A stretch of 64,000 bases of DNA from positions 163,866,001-163,930,000 of the forward strand of contig NC_042997.1 in assembly GCF_006345805.1 (NCBI RefSeq), in the 5' to 3' direction. The notes beneath the pieces are model-generated. The model searched no databases. It was not told where the DNA came from and saw nothing but the letters and a program-made list of their open reading frames with translations. This DNA comes from Octopus sinensis (Eukaryota). Of the stretch, positions 51,721 to 64,000 are shown piece after piece (the stretch's first letter is position 1; each line of letters opens with the position of its first letter). The translations under genes and the position numbers were made by a program.

Positions 51721-52792
51721 ATATATATATATATATATATAATAAGATGAGAAAATAGAGAGGTAATTAATAAATTATTATTTATTAATTAAAAAATTGA
51801 CAAACATCCCTCACAGCTGTTTCAATTCCAGACCTTCAGAAAATTAATTAATTAAATTAAAAATTATTTGGAAGTCAAATCTCTTCAGAGGTAGTTTAGC
51901 ATATAAAAAATTGGTGTTCAATTCCTGCACGTTGAGTAAATGGCTGCAAACTGTTAACTGAGTGTGTCTGTGAATATATATATATTATACATACACACAT
52001 ACATATATATATATACATAGCATATATACATTCATACACACACGTATATATACACGTGTGTGTATGTGTACATGCGTGTGTGTGCATGTGTGTGTTTATT
52101 CTTATCTACTAGTACACAATAACCTAGTACCCCATTTTTTTTCTTGTTCCTGTGAGGTATGAAGTAGGAGCTGGGCTCCTAAGCAAATGTGATTTGTCTA
52201 AAATTGCTGTGTGAATTATGTGTGTGTGTGTGTGTGTGTAATTTCATTTCTATTTACATAGCTATTGTGATTCTGTTCTTTTTCCTTTTTTTTAATTATG
52301 TCTTTCCACCTACTTTTATCTGCTAATGTTGATTGCATAGAGCCATAACTGGCTTATCAAGCAGTGTCCAGGAAATTATAGTGTCCATGCACACATAAAT
52401 GGCTGATCTAATAATTATTGTGTCTATGCATTTAGTAAGGATGACATAGTAAAAGTACTCCTGTTCCCCTCCAATCAGCAGAAAGTGGCTTCACAGTTTC
52501 TACTATAAATTTACATGGCTCTTGCATCAAGATTTCATTAGCCAGGAGCCATTCTCCTAAAAGTTTAGAGGAATATATACCAAATTTCACAAAAGGCTGA
52601 ATTGTTCTTCTACAATTACCACTGCAGCCTTGTATATCAAACAAAACAGTTTAACATTTCATGGTCCAGTCCACTTTAGTTATTAATAAGTAAAGTGAGG
52701 AAGCATGGCTTAATATGTGTACATATTTTTGCATTTGTATCCATTCTGCTTCACAATCAGAGATGGTTTCTTTACATGCCCATATACAAGAA

Positions 52793-53135
52793 TCCAGGTA
52801 TGGCTGTGTGGATACAGAGTTTACTTTATAACCACATGTTTCAGGTTCTATCCCATAGCTTAGCACTTTTAGGCAAGTGCCAACTACAACAGGTGTGAAT
52901 GTATATAAATATTAATTGATGAGCTCGTCGTGTGCATGTGTGTGTGTGTCTGTGTTTGCAGTTGGGGTGTATTTATGTGCCCCAGCTTAAAGGTTTGGCA
53001 ATAGAGACTGATAGAATAACTACCAAGCTTAAAAAGAGAAATAAGTACTGGAGTCGATTCCTTCAACTAAAAATCCAAGGTGGTGCCCCAGCATGGCCAC
53101 AGTCTAATGACTGAAATAAGCAAAATTAAAGGATA
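52793..53135 (+). mobile_element. SINE family 1 (internally deleted)
   Basis: Head ggtatggctgtgtgg and tail ggtggtgccccagcatggccacagtc. Confidence 0.8.
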
Positions 53136-53314
53136 AAATCATTAAAATTAATGAACTTTATCAGTGGCCAGCAAATAAAAAAAACTTTTAGGTAAAATTC
53201 ATATATAGAGATATATATATGTATAGAATATGATTATGATTAAGGGCATGGTAGCTTCTGTACCTTTAATTATAATTGTATAGAATACAATTATCTCTCT
53301 CACTCTCTCTCTCA

Positions 53315-53358
<44 letters not shown>

Positions 53359-55064
53359 TATGGCCTGATGTCCTTCATGTCACCAACTCTTACCTGTTTT
53401 GAAGCAATACCTCCCCATGACAGGATGTCTGTCTGGGAATACAGTAAATGGGTGACTTTGATTGTTTGGTGACACACATATCAAGCTATCCTGTGACGTT
53501 AAGGCAATGAGAGACAAATGCATACATGTGTGTGCACACACACCATGTACACACACACACACATCAGTGTCATTATTTTATCATCATTGTTGAGATGTTT
53601 ACTATTCCATGCTTGCTTAAGTCAGATGAGATTTCACTGAGACAAAATTTTCCACAGCTGCTGGCATTAGGTGAAATTAACAGATATCAATGTAGAGTCA
53701 CATTGAGGAGAGAAAAATAATAGCTAGTGGTAAAGAAGAGCCATAGTAAGAAGTACTATGAAGATATTCTATGCCAACCCTCATTACACAGGCACTGTGA
53801 TGGGAGTGAAGTAGAGTGATAGGGGGGCGATGATGGAAGAGAAATAGTGAGAGGTGAGATTGGAGGATTGAATTCAGATACATTTAATAGATTGGATGCT
53901 ATTCCTCATTAGACAAGTTGGATGGTACAGTGGGCAGCAGAAAGAGGCTGAATAGTAGATGAAAGTGGAATAAAGAGAGCAGTTTTTGAAGAGCTAACAA
54001 GAGCATGAAAGATAAGAAATCCAATGTAAGTACATATCTCAGCCTCCACCACTACAACCATTTTAATAACCCTTTTATCATGTGAGAAATTGTAGCTGTG
54101 TTCTTTCCTGCATGTCAGGTTCTTTGTCCTCCCTGTTATGAGATTCAGATTTGTCACCATACCCCCCATGTCCTTTTATGCTCACCCCTTCCACAGGTTT
54201 ACACAATTTTAAGTCATTTGGCACTTCTTTATACAACTGATCATCACATGTCTCTACCAGCACAGTCTTTTCCCTTGTACACCATGTCTGTACATCCAGA
54301 TTTATCTCAGCACATTTCAGTTCCACTGTTCATGCACACTCACATATTTATATACCTAGCACATAGACATATAAATACACATAAACATGTGCGTATGAAA
54401 GCACATGTACATGCACACATTCACATGCACCTTTCACACCCTCCATGTATTCACACATATTCATACATAAATACACATACAGCACACACATGCATGTGTA
54501 TTTATGTACAAGCATGATATAAATGAATAATAAAAGTCTTTCAGTACATGAAAATACAATTTATTTCACAATTTCAAATAAATTTATATCTAATATTTCA
54601 GCATAAAATGTCTCTTTCTAAGTAATAATCTTGGAAAAACCATATCAGCTACAAACAAACGAAAGAGTAAATGTAGTGAAACTTCAAAGGTTTTTAGATC
54701 TTCTGATTGTCATCCTGCCAAACTGTTGACGTATCTTCTAAATGTGAGTGATTTAGTGAAATAACATTCTTGGATAAAGGCATTTCACTTATAGATGATA
54801 CTGATGTAAGCAACGTCTCTATTGTCATGGTATAGTATCACTTGAGGCTTTGCACTCAGTTGGATCGATCTATCTTCTCTTTGTTTCTCAGTTGTATCAA
54901 ACTATCTCTTACTTTTTGATGTTGAAATAATAATGGTAAAATGTTTTCCTTCTTTCAGTTTCTTAAAATCATATCCTCATTTAAAATATAGTGCAGAAGT
55001 ACAGTTAGCACACTAAATGAATTAGAAGCACTTTTTAGCATATGGTATACAATTTATCTCACCC

Positions 55065-57952
55065 CATGGCTCTACAGGGACCATCCCTCAGAGATGACAG
55101 CAGCATAATAGATAAGACAATTAAGGACATGAAGACAGGGAAAGCCCCTGGGCCATCAGGAATCACTATTGAGATAATTAAAATTTCCAGTAGCGTGGGA
55201 TACAGCTTAGTCACCTGTATTGTTAATCAGGTTATTCGGGAAGGCAGCTCCTCAATGACTGATGTAGTAGTATTATAGTTAACTGATACAAGGGTAAAGA
55301 TGATGCCTTAAATGCAAGGAATCACAGAGGTATTAAATTGCTAGACCAAGTCATGAAAGTTACTGAGAGGGATATAGCTCAACTGATTAGAAATAGAATT
55401 AAACTAGATGAGAAGCAGTTTGGTTTTGTACCAGGGAAGAGTACCACAGATGCCATCTTCCTAGTGAGAAAGCTGCAGGAAAAGTACTTGGCCAAGTGTA
55501 AGCCATTGTACTTAGCCTTCGAAAGAGTTTCCCACTCTGTTATATAGTGGTCTCTAAGGAAGTTAAGAGTAGAGGAGTGGCTTGTTAGAGCTGTGCAAGC
55601 CATGTACAGTGGTACTGTTAGTAAGGTGAGAGTCGGCTATGAATACTGTGATGAATTTAGTGTACACCAGGGTTCACCAGAACTCAGTTCCCAGCCCAAT
55701 CTTGTTCATTATAGTCCTCCATGCTATAACAGAGGAATTCAAACTGGATGCCTGTGGAAACTGCTATATGCTGATGACCTTGCTCTTATTGCAGAATCCT
55801 TAGTAGAATTGGATAAGAAATTCCAGGTATGGAAACAAAACTTGGAATCAAAGGGCCTTAAAGTTAGCCTAGCTAAGGCCAAAGTTGTTAGTAAGAAAGA
55901 AGATAAAACTCTCTTTCTGCCAGGTAAATGGTCCTGCTCAATATGTAGGAAAGGAGTTGGAAGAAATTCCATTCACTGCACCCAGTGTGAACTATGGACA
56001 CATAAGAGGTGCAATGGAATTATAGGTAGATCAATAGATAAAGCCATCTTGTATATGGCAGATGCACAGGAACAATAAGCACTAAGAGCACACAGGACTT
56101 AGATTCTCTCAAATGCCCAGGAGGCTCTCTTGAGGTTATAGATAGCTTTTGTTACCAAGGTGACCAGATTAGCAATGGTGGCAGATGCTTTGAAAGTAAT
56201 TTTTCTGGAATAAGAATTGGGTGGAGGAAGTTCAGAGAGTTATTACCTCTGTTGGCTACAGAGGGATTCTTTCAGAGTGAAAGGCAAACTATATGATGCT
56301 TGTGTGCAAATGGCTATACTCCATGGTAGTGAGACACGGGCTCTGAATGCAGAAGATATATGTAGACTGGAGAGGAATGAAAGTAGTATGCTTCATTGGA
56401 TGTGCAACATCAGTGCACATGTATGGCAAAGTGCAAATGTATTGAGAGAAAGTTGGGCATAAGAGGAATCAAATGTAGCATGCAAGAGAGAAGACTATGT
56501 TGGTTTGGACATGTGATGCGTATGAATGAGGACAGCTGCGTAAAGAAGTGCTGATCACTGAAAGTGGATGGTACCCAAAGAGGGAGACCCAGGAAGAAGT
56601 GGGATGAAGTGGTAAGGACTGAACTCAGGATATTGGGCCTCACGGAGAAACTGACAATGGACTGAGATGTCTGGTGATATGAAGCTCTGGAGAAGACCTG
56701 CCCACGTCAGCGAAACTGAGTTCTAGAAGCACTGTGTCCCATCTACACTTAACAAGAAAATTTCTCACACAGTCTACCACAACAAACCAAACTATGCCGC
56801 TTCTCTTCCTCACATTTCTGCTTCATGCACTATACTTACCTCCTACTCCCCAATGTTGTCCTCTTGGCCTTGTTCCACTGTATCATTGCTCTCTACTAGC
56901 CCTCGACCTGCGTGTTCCACCCACATGCCTTGTCTCACTGTATTATTGCTATCTGCTTGCTCCCTACTTGTGTATTTCACTCACATGTAGCAAGAAAACT
57001 TTTCACTCACCTTACCCTAACAAACCTAACAAATCTACATCTCCACATCTCTTCCCTCCCTCACATTTCCTCCTTCATACACTATGCCTAGCTCTCACTC
57101 CCCAATCCTATCCTCATAACCCTGTTCCTCTGTATCATGCTATCCGGTAGCCCCATTGACTATATACAAACCCAGGTTTTCACCATTCACTCACCCACCT
57201 CCACACTCTTTAATCACACTTCGTTTGCAATATCCTGCCACTTATATTATGGTGTTTGAACCTCAAGGGTATGCTCTGGCACTTGCCACCATATATATCT
57301 CTCTCTTCCTTTACTCAACCAACCCATTTATATTCTGATCTCTTCCCTTGTGAGTATTCCCAGCATTTTGCCACTATCTCTGTCCTGCTGTCTCTCACTC
57401 TCTCTCTCTCACCTTCTCCTGCACTTCCCTCAGGTTGGTAACTATGTACTTCTTTTATGGTAGCACACCTGTTTCCATCTTCATTTCTGATCTCTTTCTC
57501 TCTCTCCAGCCGGGTAACCTTGTACCTCTTCTACAGCAAGACACCTGTTTCTGTCTCTCTGTCTCACCTTTCATCAGTAAACACAAGATCACCTCCTCCA
57601 ATGCCACCTCCCCTCTTGAAAAAAATTCTTTTTGTTTGTCTTGCAAGTACTTGGTGACCCTGTCAGTGCAGCTCCCACTTAAAAACACTCAGTCCACACT
57701 GTAAAGTGGTTGGTGTTTGGAAGGGTATCCAGCTGTAAAAACTGACCTCACCTGTGCTTGTGCCATATAAAAAACACGAAGTCCACTCTGCAGAGTGGTT
57801 GGTGTTAGGAAGGGCATCCAGCTGTAAAAATCCTGCCAAAACAGTTACAGAAATCTGGTACAGGCTTCTGCCTGGCCAGCTCTTGTGAAACATCTTACCT
57901 ACACTAGCATGGAAGACGGACGTTAAATGATGATGATGATGATAATGATGAT
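55065..57952 (+). mobile_element. RTE-clade LINE, 5'-truncated: RT, C-terminal Cys-rich region, long repetitive 3'UTR, (ATG)n tail
   Basis: ORF fragments KTGKAPGPSGI, QFGFVPGKSTTDAIF, LLYADDLAL, CSICRKGVGRNSIHCTQCELWTHKRC and LHGSETRAL. The element ends in ggacgttaaatgatgatg. Confidence 0.92.
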
Positions 57953-58439
57953 ATGTGTCTTCATGTCTCTGTCTGCCCACGATATCTCTTGACAACTGGT
58001 GTTGGTGTGTTTACGTCTCCATAACTTAGCAGTTTAGCAACAGAGATTGATAGAATAATATCAGGCTTAACAAAAATAAGTACTGGGGGCGAATTTTTTT
58101 GATTAAAAATTCTTCAAGGTGGTGCCACAGCATAGCTGCAGTATAATGACTGAAACAAGTAAAAGATAAACAATAAAAGATCTCTGTACATAATTAATTT
58201 GAACATGTTTCTTTGCTATTTTGAGATGTAAATGAACAGTGAAACTGGAAGGAGATTCAGATGGAAGCCAAGTTCTTTTTAATATATCACATATATATCA
58301 CACACACACACACAAAACATATATTGTAGATATTATATGTATTATAATACAAGTAGTACATGTATATTATAAAATATCATATATGTATAACATGTTTTAG
58401 AACAGTTTCTTATTTTTTTACTGCCCACAAAGGACTACA

Positions 58440-58750
58440 CACAGAGACGACAAACAAGGACAGACAAAAGGATTAAGTCGATTACATCGACCCCAGTGTG
58501 TAACTGGTATTTAATTTATTGATCCTGAAAAGATGAAAGGCAAAGTTGACCTCAGCGGAATTTGAACTCAGAACGTAATGGCAGACGAAATACCACTAAG
58601 CATTTCACCCGGCATGCTAACGTTTCTACCAGCTCACTGCCTTATTTTTTTTTTTTCTCTAGGTGGAATTTGAACTCAGAACGTAGCAACAGACGAAATA
58701 CCACGAAGCATTTTTCCTGGCATGCTAACAGATCTGCCAGTTCACAGCCT
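58440..58750 (-). mobile_element. SINE family 2 with a tandemly repeated head fragment
   Basis: gaatttgaactcagaacgta...gacgaaatacc occurs twice (~58559 and ~58667). Confidence 0.8.
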
Positions 58751-60062
58751 TACTTTAGAACACTCTCTGTCTACCAAATTTCACTCATGGGTGTTGGTCA
58801 ACCTTGAAATAAACAATGTCTATGACTATAATGCATCATTTCATGAATCCTTACATAAAAATAAAGTCTTCATCTGTGTGTATGTGTTATTTTGTATTAC
58901 AATACAGCTATAGATAGTAGATTTGGAGCCTGTATTTTAAAATTGGGTTTCTTCTTTGTACAGCAAATCACTCAACTATGAAATGAAAGTTGTAGCTCCT
59001 TTTCAGCTAGGTTTAGTGAGACAGCAAGAGTAATGTGTAGAACACATGGTAAGCTGCAAGCAACTTCGAACTTTTGCTTTGTGAACCTGAATCTGTCTAT
59101 CAGAGCTCCACTTTCAATGTTACTATTTAATAAAAAGTAAATGATAAATTTGAATAATATAGTAAAACTGTCAGTTGGTATCTATAAATAATAATTCACC
59201 TACTTTTGTGTCTGTAGAAAGTGAAGAAAGTTAAGTGATATATTTTGTAAGTATAGTACAAGTTGATGGCTATGCAACAGTTGTGAGTTCAAAATTTGTC
59301 CACAGACACAAACCAGTTCTCTTAGTGATTGTATAGATACAGTTTTGTGAATCTGTAAATTAATGCTTCCCCAATTCACAGCTGAGCGGTTAACATCAGA
59401 TAGTGCCTTAATAAACCACTTAGCAGTGAAAATAAATCTTCAGAAGTAGTTTACCTATGTTAAATAGAGAAAAAAGGGGTAAGAACTAAATACAGGCTTA
59501 CACACAGGACTAACAAAGGAACACGTTAGTCAAATCATTAGCCTGACTCCTTCAAATAATACCCTATTGGCTCAGGAAAAAATAGAGTACATTGAACAGT
59601 GTTGTCTGAGGTATATTATGGCTGAAAAACAGTTGAGTTGGTCATGGCTGAAAGGAACGTGATTATAGGCTTGCACCATCAAAGCTAACTTGAGCTAAAC
59701 AACAACAACACACACAGTAACCACACACACACACACATCCTCTCTCTCTCTATTCCGTTTTAGTGTTCATGTTTGGTTTGAACTTGCTAAACAATATTGA
59801 TCTAGAATCTGAGTCCCAAGTTTCAGGACAATGATTGCATGCATAAAGACCTCTGCTGCAGATTACAATCAATAAATGCTGGCAAGTTGAAATATGTCAT
59901 GTTGGGTTGGTAGTTTCTTAATGTAGTGTCTTCATTTTTCTCTATTTTTTTTTACGTTACATATAAGGCCTCTTTTCATGGAAATAATATACATGTATGC
60001 AATTGTTGTAGTGGTAGTGGTGAAAAATAGTTAACTAATCATAGAAAAACAGACAGATAGGA

Positions 60063-60115
<53 letters not shown>

Positions 60116-60116
60116 A

Positions 60117-60158
<42 letters not shown>

Positions 60159-60242
60159 GTGTGTGTGTACATATATACAACAGATATATATCTATATATA
60201 GCACATAAATACATATGTATGCATATATATATATTTATATGG

Positions 60243-60273
<31 letters not shown>

Positions 60274-60306
60274 CGTGTGTGTGTACATATATATATATAT
60301 ATATAA

Positions 60307-61144
60307 GTGAAAATCAAATCAAATCAAATCAAAATAGATGAACATCATTGGAATTTGTATCTCTGTGGTACCAGTGCCGGTGGCACACAAGAAAACCATC
60401 CGAACGTGGCCGTAGCCAGTACCGCATCGACTGGCCTCCGTGCTGTGGGCATGCAACAAACACCATCCGATCGTGGCCGTTCGCCAGCCTCATCTGGCAC
60501 CTGTGTCGGTGGCACATAAAAACACCATCCGAAGACCCGGCAAGACTAGTCAGGCCATAACCCGTGGCCCCTACATGGGACGTAGTCAGTCCACCTGTGC
60601 ATACCTTCCTTCTTGTGACACTTGTGAAGACCTGTTGAGGCAAGTGAAAATCAAATCAAATCAAAACAAATCAAAATAGATGAACATCAATGGAATTTGT
60701 ATCTTTGTGGCACACAAGAAAATCATCCGAACGTGGCCGTAGCCAGTACCGCATAGACTGGCCTCCGTGCTTTGGGGACGTAACAAACACCATCCGATCG
60801 TGGCCGTCCGCCAGCCTCATCTGGCACCTGTGTCGGTGGCACATAAAAACACCATCCGAGCGTGGCCGTCTGCCAGCCTCGTCTGGCACCTGTGTCGGTG
60901 GCACATAAAAACACCATCCGAGCGTGGCCGTTCGCCAGCCTCGTCTGGCACCTGTGTCGGTGGCACATAAAATCACCCACTACACTCTCGGAGTGGTTGG
61001 CGTTAGGAAGGGCATCCAGCTGTAGAAACACTGCCAGATCTGACTGGCCTGGTGCAGCCTTCGGACTCCCCAGACCCCAGTTGAACCGTCCAACCCATGC
61101 TAGCATGGAAAACGGACGCTAAATGATGATGATGATGATGATGA
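60307..61144 (+). mobile_element. Second copy of the young CpG-rich RTE-3'-derived element (internally duplicated)
   Basis: Nearly identical to 24895-25671, including shared variants. gtgaaaatcaaatcaaatc occurs twice (~60307 and ~60644). Confidence 0.87.
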
Positions 61145-61243
61145 TATATATATATATACGTGTGTGTGTACATATATACAACAGATATATATCTATATAT
61201 AGCACATAAATACATATGTATGCATATATATATATTTATATGG

Positions 61244-61281
<38 letters not shown>

Positions 61282-61477
61282 TATATATGCGTATATCAAT
61301 TGGATAGATTGATAGATGGATGGATAAATTTAATGAAGAAATTCCAAAATTAGAAGCAAAACCTAAACTCAAGACGCCTCAAAGCAAACCTTGCAGGAAA
61401 TGAGACAAGACCCGAGTTCTGACAGGAAAGTGGCCATGATCAATATGCCAAAAAAGGTGAATTTCATGTGTTGCATG

Positions 61478-61540
<63 letters not shown>

Positions 61541-61980
61541 ATGTGTGTGGGCACGTGCGTGTGCTCACATGCTCATATTAGAGAGAACTCCAGATTATAA
61601 GTGCAAACTCCCCGCTCTCTGGACCCTTTCTTTTCTTCCTTTTGCTTTCTTTCTCTTCACTAGACCAGACCAATCCCTAAGTTTTTGTTCCTCCTATTGT
61701 GTACATACAATTTTCCATTCCTGCCATCACCCCCTTTCCCACCTGTTTAACTACTAGTCTGAATCTAGCTGCACTGTTTACTTGTATAAGCATGTGTGTA
61801 TGCGAGAAGAAATGTTTTCTGTTTCCTATTTTACTATCTCCTTATATTTAACTATTCCTCACATTCTCTCTTTCTTTCTAGTCTCTTAAAGTAGGTATGT
61901 GTGCAAGCATGAACACCTGCAGACCTTTTTACCACACTAAACCAATGATTTTCATCCTATTTTCTGTGTGTGTGTGTGTA

Positions 61981-62023
<43 letters not shown>

Positions 62024-62409
62024 GTATGTATTTATATATGCATGTATGTATGTGTATATAATATATATAAATATATAAACACACACACGCATGCACACAC
62101 ACACACACATGCATGCACACACACATGCATGCACGCACACACACACACACACAAAGGCATGGGTTTGTGGTAAGCAGCTTGCTTCCCAACCACATGGCTC
62201 CAGGCTCAGTCCCACTGTGTGGCTCCTTGGGCAAGTGTCTTCTACTATAGCCTCAGGTGGACCAAAGCCCTCTGAGTTGATTTGGAAGATGGAAACTGAA
62301 AGAAACCTGTTGTATGTGTGTGTGTATATATATATATATGTATTTATATATATTTGTGTATATATATATATTTTATTAAATTAATTATATTTCACCCCTT
62401 ATATGTATC

Positions 62410-62444
<35 letters not shown>

Positions 62445-62481
62445 AGAGAACAAAGTGTACGTACGCCACTATATATATATA

Positions 62482-62676
62482 TATAAAATAAAATACAAAA
62501 TGGGACAAGAACGCAAAACATTCGGACAACTAGGTGATACAAAAAAGGACAACAAAACATGCAGATACATGATATGTTTTTTGTATCATCTATCTAGACA
62601 TTTTGTTGTCCCTTTTCGTATCACATAGTTGTCCGGATGTTTTGCGTTCTTGTCCCATTTTGTATTTTATTTTATA
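62482..62676. repeat. 76-bp inverted repeat (4 mismatches) with 43-nt loop
   Basis: 62482-62557 versus 62601-62676. Confidence 0.92.
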
Positions 62677-62689
62677 AATATATATATAA

Positions 62690-63052
62690 GAAGCAATTAT
62701 AGAGGCATCAAACTCTTAGTCCAGGTAAATTATGGAGAGAGTACTTCTTGGTGCACTCAAGAATACCTGTACTCTGTAGCAGAAGTGCTAAGACAGGTCC
62801 CATTGGTAGTGGTGAGGACTGACCTGCAAGAGTCCTGTGTCAGTGCCATGTAAAAAGAGTCCATGCAGTGGCATGTGAAAGTACCCAGTACACTTTGTAA
62901 AGTGGCTGGCATTAGGAATGGCATCCATGCGTAGAAACCACACTAAATCAGACTGGAGTCTGGTGCAGCCTCCCAACTTGCCAGCTCTGGTCAAACTGTC
63001 CAACCCATGCCAGCATGGGCATCGGATTTTAAATGATGATGATGATGATGAT
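62690..63052 (+). mobile_element. RTE fragment (NYRGIKLL) fused to RTE 3' terminal module with (ATG)n tail
   Basis: ORF 62629..62853 contains RSNYRGIKLL. The tail reads gtccaacccatgccagcatgg...aaatgatgatg. Confidence 0.8.
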
Positions 63053-63054
63053 CC

Positions 63055-64000
63055 CTTCAGGTAGAAGGCCCTACTCTATCTGTAGAAAAGGTGTAGGTAG
63101 AAATTCTATAAGATGTACTTGGTGCAAACTATGGACACATTAGAGTGCAACAATATCAGAGGAAGGTTAACAAGGAAAATAGCTTATGTGTGTTGAAGAT
63201 GCACAGGTACAATAAACACTGAAAATGTACAGAAAATAAACTCCATCAACTGCCAGTTGGGTGAGCTAGAGGTAGTAGATAGCTTCAATTATCTAGGTGA
63301 CTAAGTTAGTAGTGGTGGTGGATGCTCCAATAGCATAGTTGCAAGAATAAGAATAGGCTGGGCAAAGTCCAGAAAGCTCCTACCTCAGCTGGCAACAAAG
63401 GGCCTCTCCCTCAAAGTGAAATACAGATTGTATGATGCCTGTGTATGAACAGCTATACAACACAGCAGTGAAACATGAGCTGTAACAGCCGAGGACATGT
63501 GCAGACTGGAAAGAAATGAAGCCAGTATGCTTTGCTGGATGTGCACTGTCAATGTGCATGTACAACAGTACAACAGAGTGTAAGTGCCTTGAGAGAAAAG
63601 TTGGGCATAAGAGGCATCAGATATGGTGTGCAAGATAGATGACTGTACTGGTATGGTCATGTGATGTGTATGGATGAGGACAGCTGGGTAAGGAAGTCCC
63701 AATTTATGTAGAGGGAACCTGTGGTAGAGAGGTAGACCTAGGAAGACATGGGACAAGGTGGTGGAGCATGATCTTCGAACAATGGGCCTCACTGAGACAA
63801 TGATTAGTGACCAAGACTTTTGGTGATATACTGTGCTTGAGAAGACCTGTCAAGCCAAGTGAAATCATAGTCACAGCTGATAGTGGTATCACATAACTGG
63901 CACCCATGCCAGTGGCACATAAAAAACACCTTCCAAGTATTGGGCCTCATGGAGGCAATGTGGCCGATGCCAGTGGCACGTGAAAAGTTGGGTTTCATGG
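63055..64000 (+). mobile_element. RTE LINE 3' part of ORF2 and start of 3'UTR, decayed, runs off the window
   Basis: Similar to 55900-56700 (gtagatagcttc...ctaggtgac, agtgaaacatg, ttgggcataagagg, gaagacctg). Confidence 0.88.

Noticed and set aside
53394-53490. Minus-strand exon-like segment (cag|GATAGC...ACAG|gtaag) starting DSL-
   Set aside because: The translation DSLICVSPNNQSHPF... is not ankyrin-like, and its phase-1 end cannot join the phase-0 exon at 36778.

Overview
This is AT-rich, microsatellite-dense eukaryotic DNA. The SINE/RTE repeat families and the (TA)n/(CA)n load suggest a coleoid cephalopod, probably Octopus (inferred from recognition, not searched). The only host gene I can support is inversin (INVS) on the minus strand. 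I located six phase-compatible GT-AG exons at 36778-36680, 30515-30440, 18780-18674, 15337-15172, 9340-9133 and 2838-2758. Together they give 737 nt of the ankyrin-repeat region; both ends of the gene appear to lie outside the window. The rest is intron packed with tRNA-derived SINEs, RTE LINE fragments with (ATG)n tails, a CR1/L2-type LINE 5' half fused to a Penelope RT fragment, decayed Tc1/mariner elements, hAT and piggyBac-like MITEs, non-autonomous Helitrons and foldback elements. The most interesting unannotated signal is a set of short elements embedded in (TA)n tracts. One carries a type I hammerhead ribozyme with a fully canonical core (29742-29815, +). Two carry minimal hammerhead-shaped motifs with variant cores on the INVS sense strand. 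Two form near-perfect long hairpins. Several INVS codons that deviate from the ankyrin/inversin consensus differ from it only by A-to-G changes, so they are candidates for restorative A-to-I editing. Repeat boundaries are approximate; exon, TSD and ribozyme coordinates were counted by hand.
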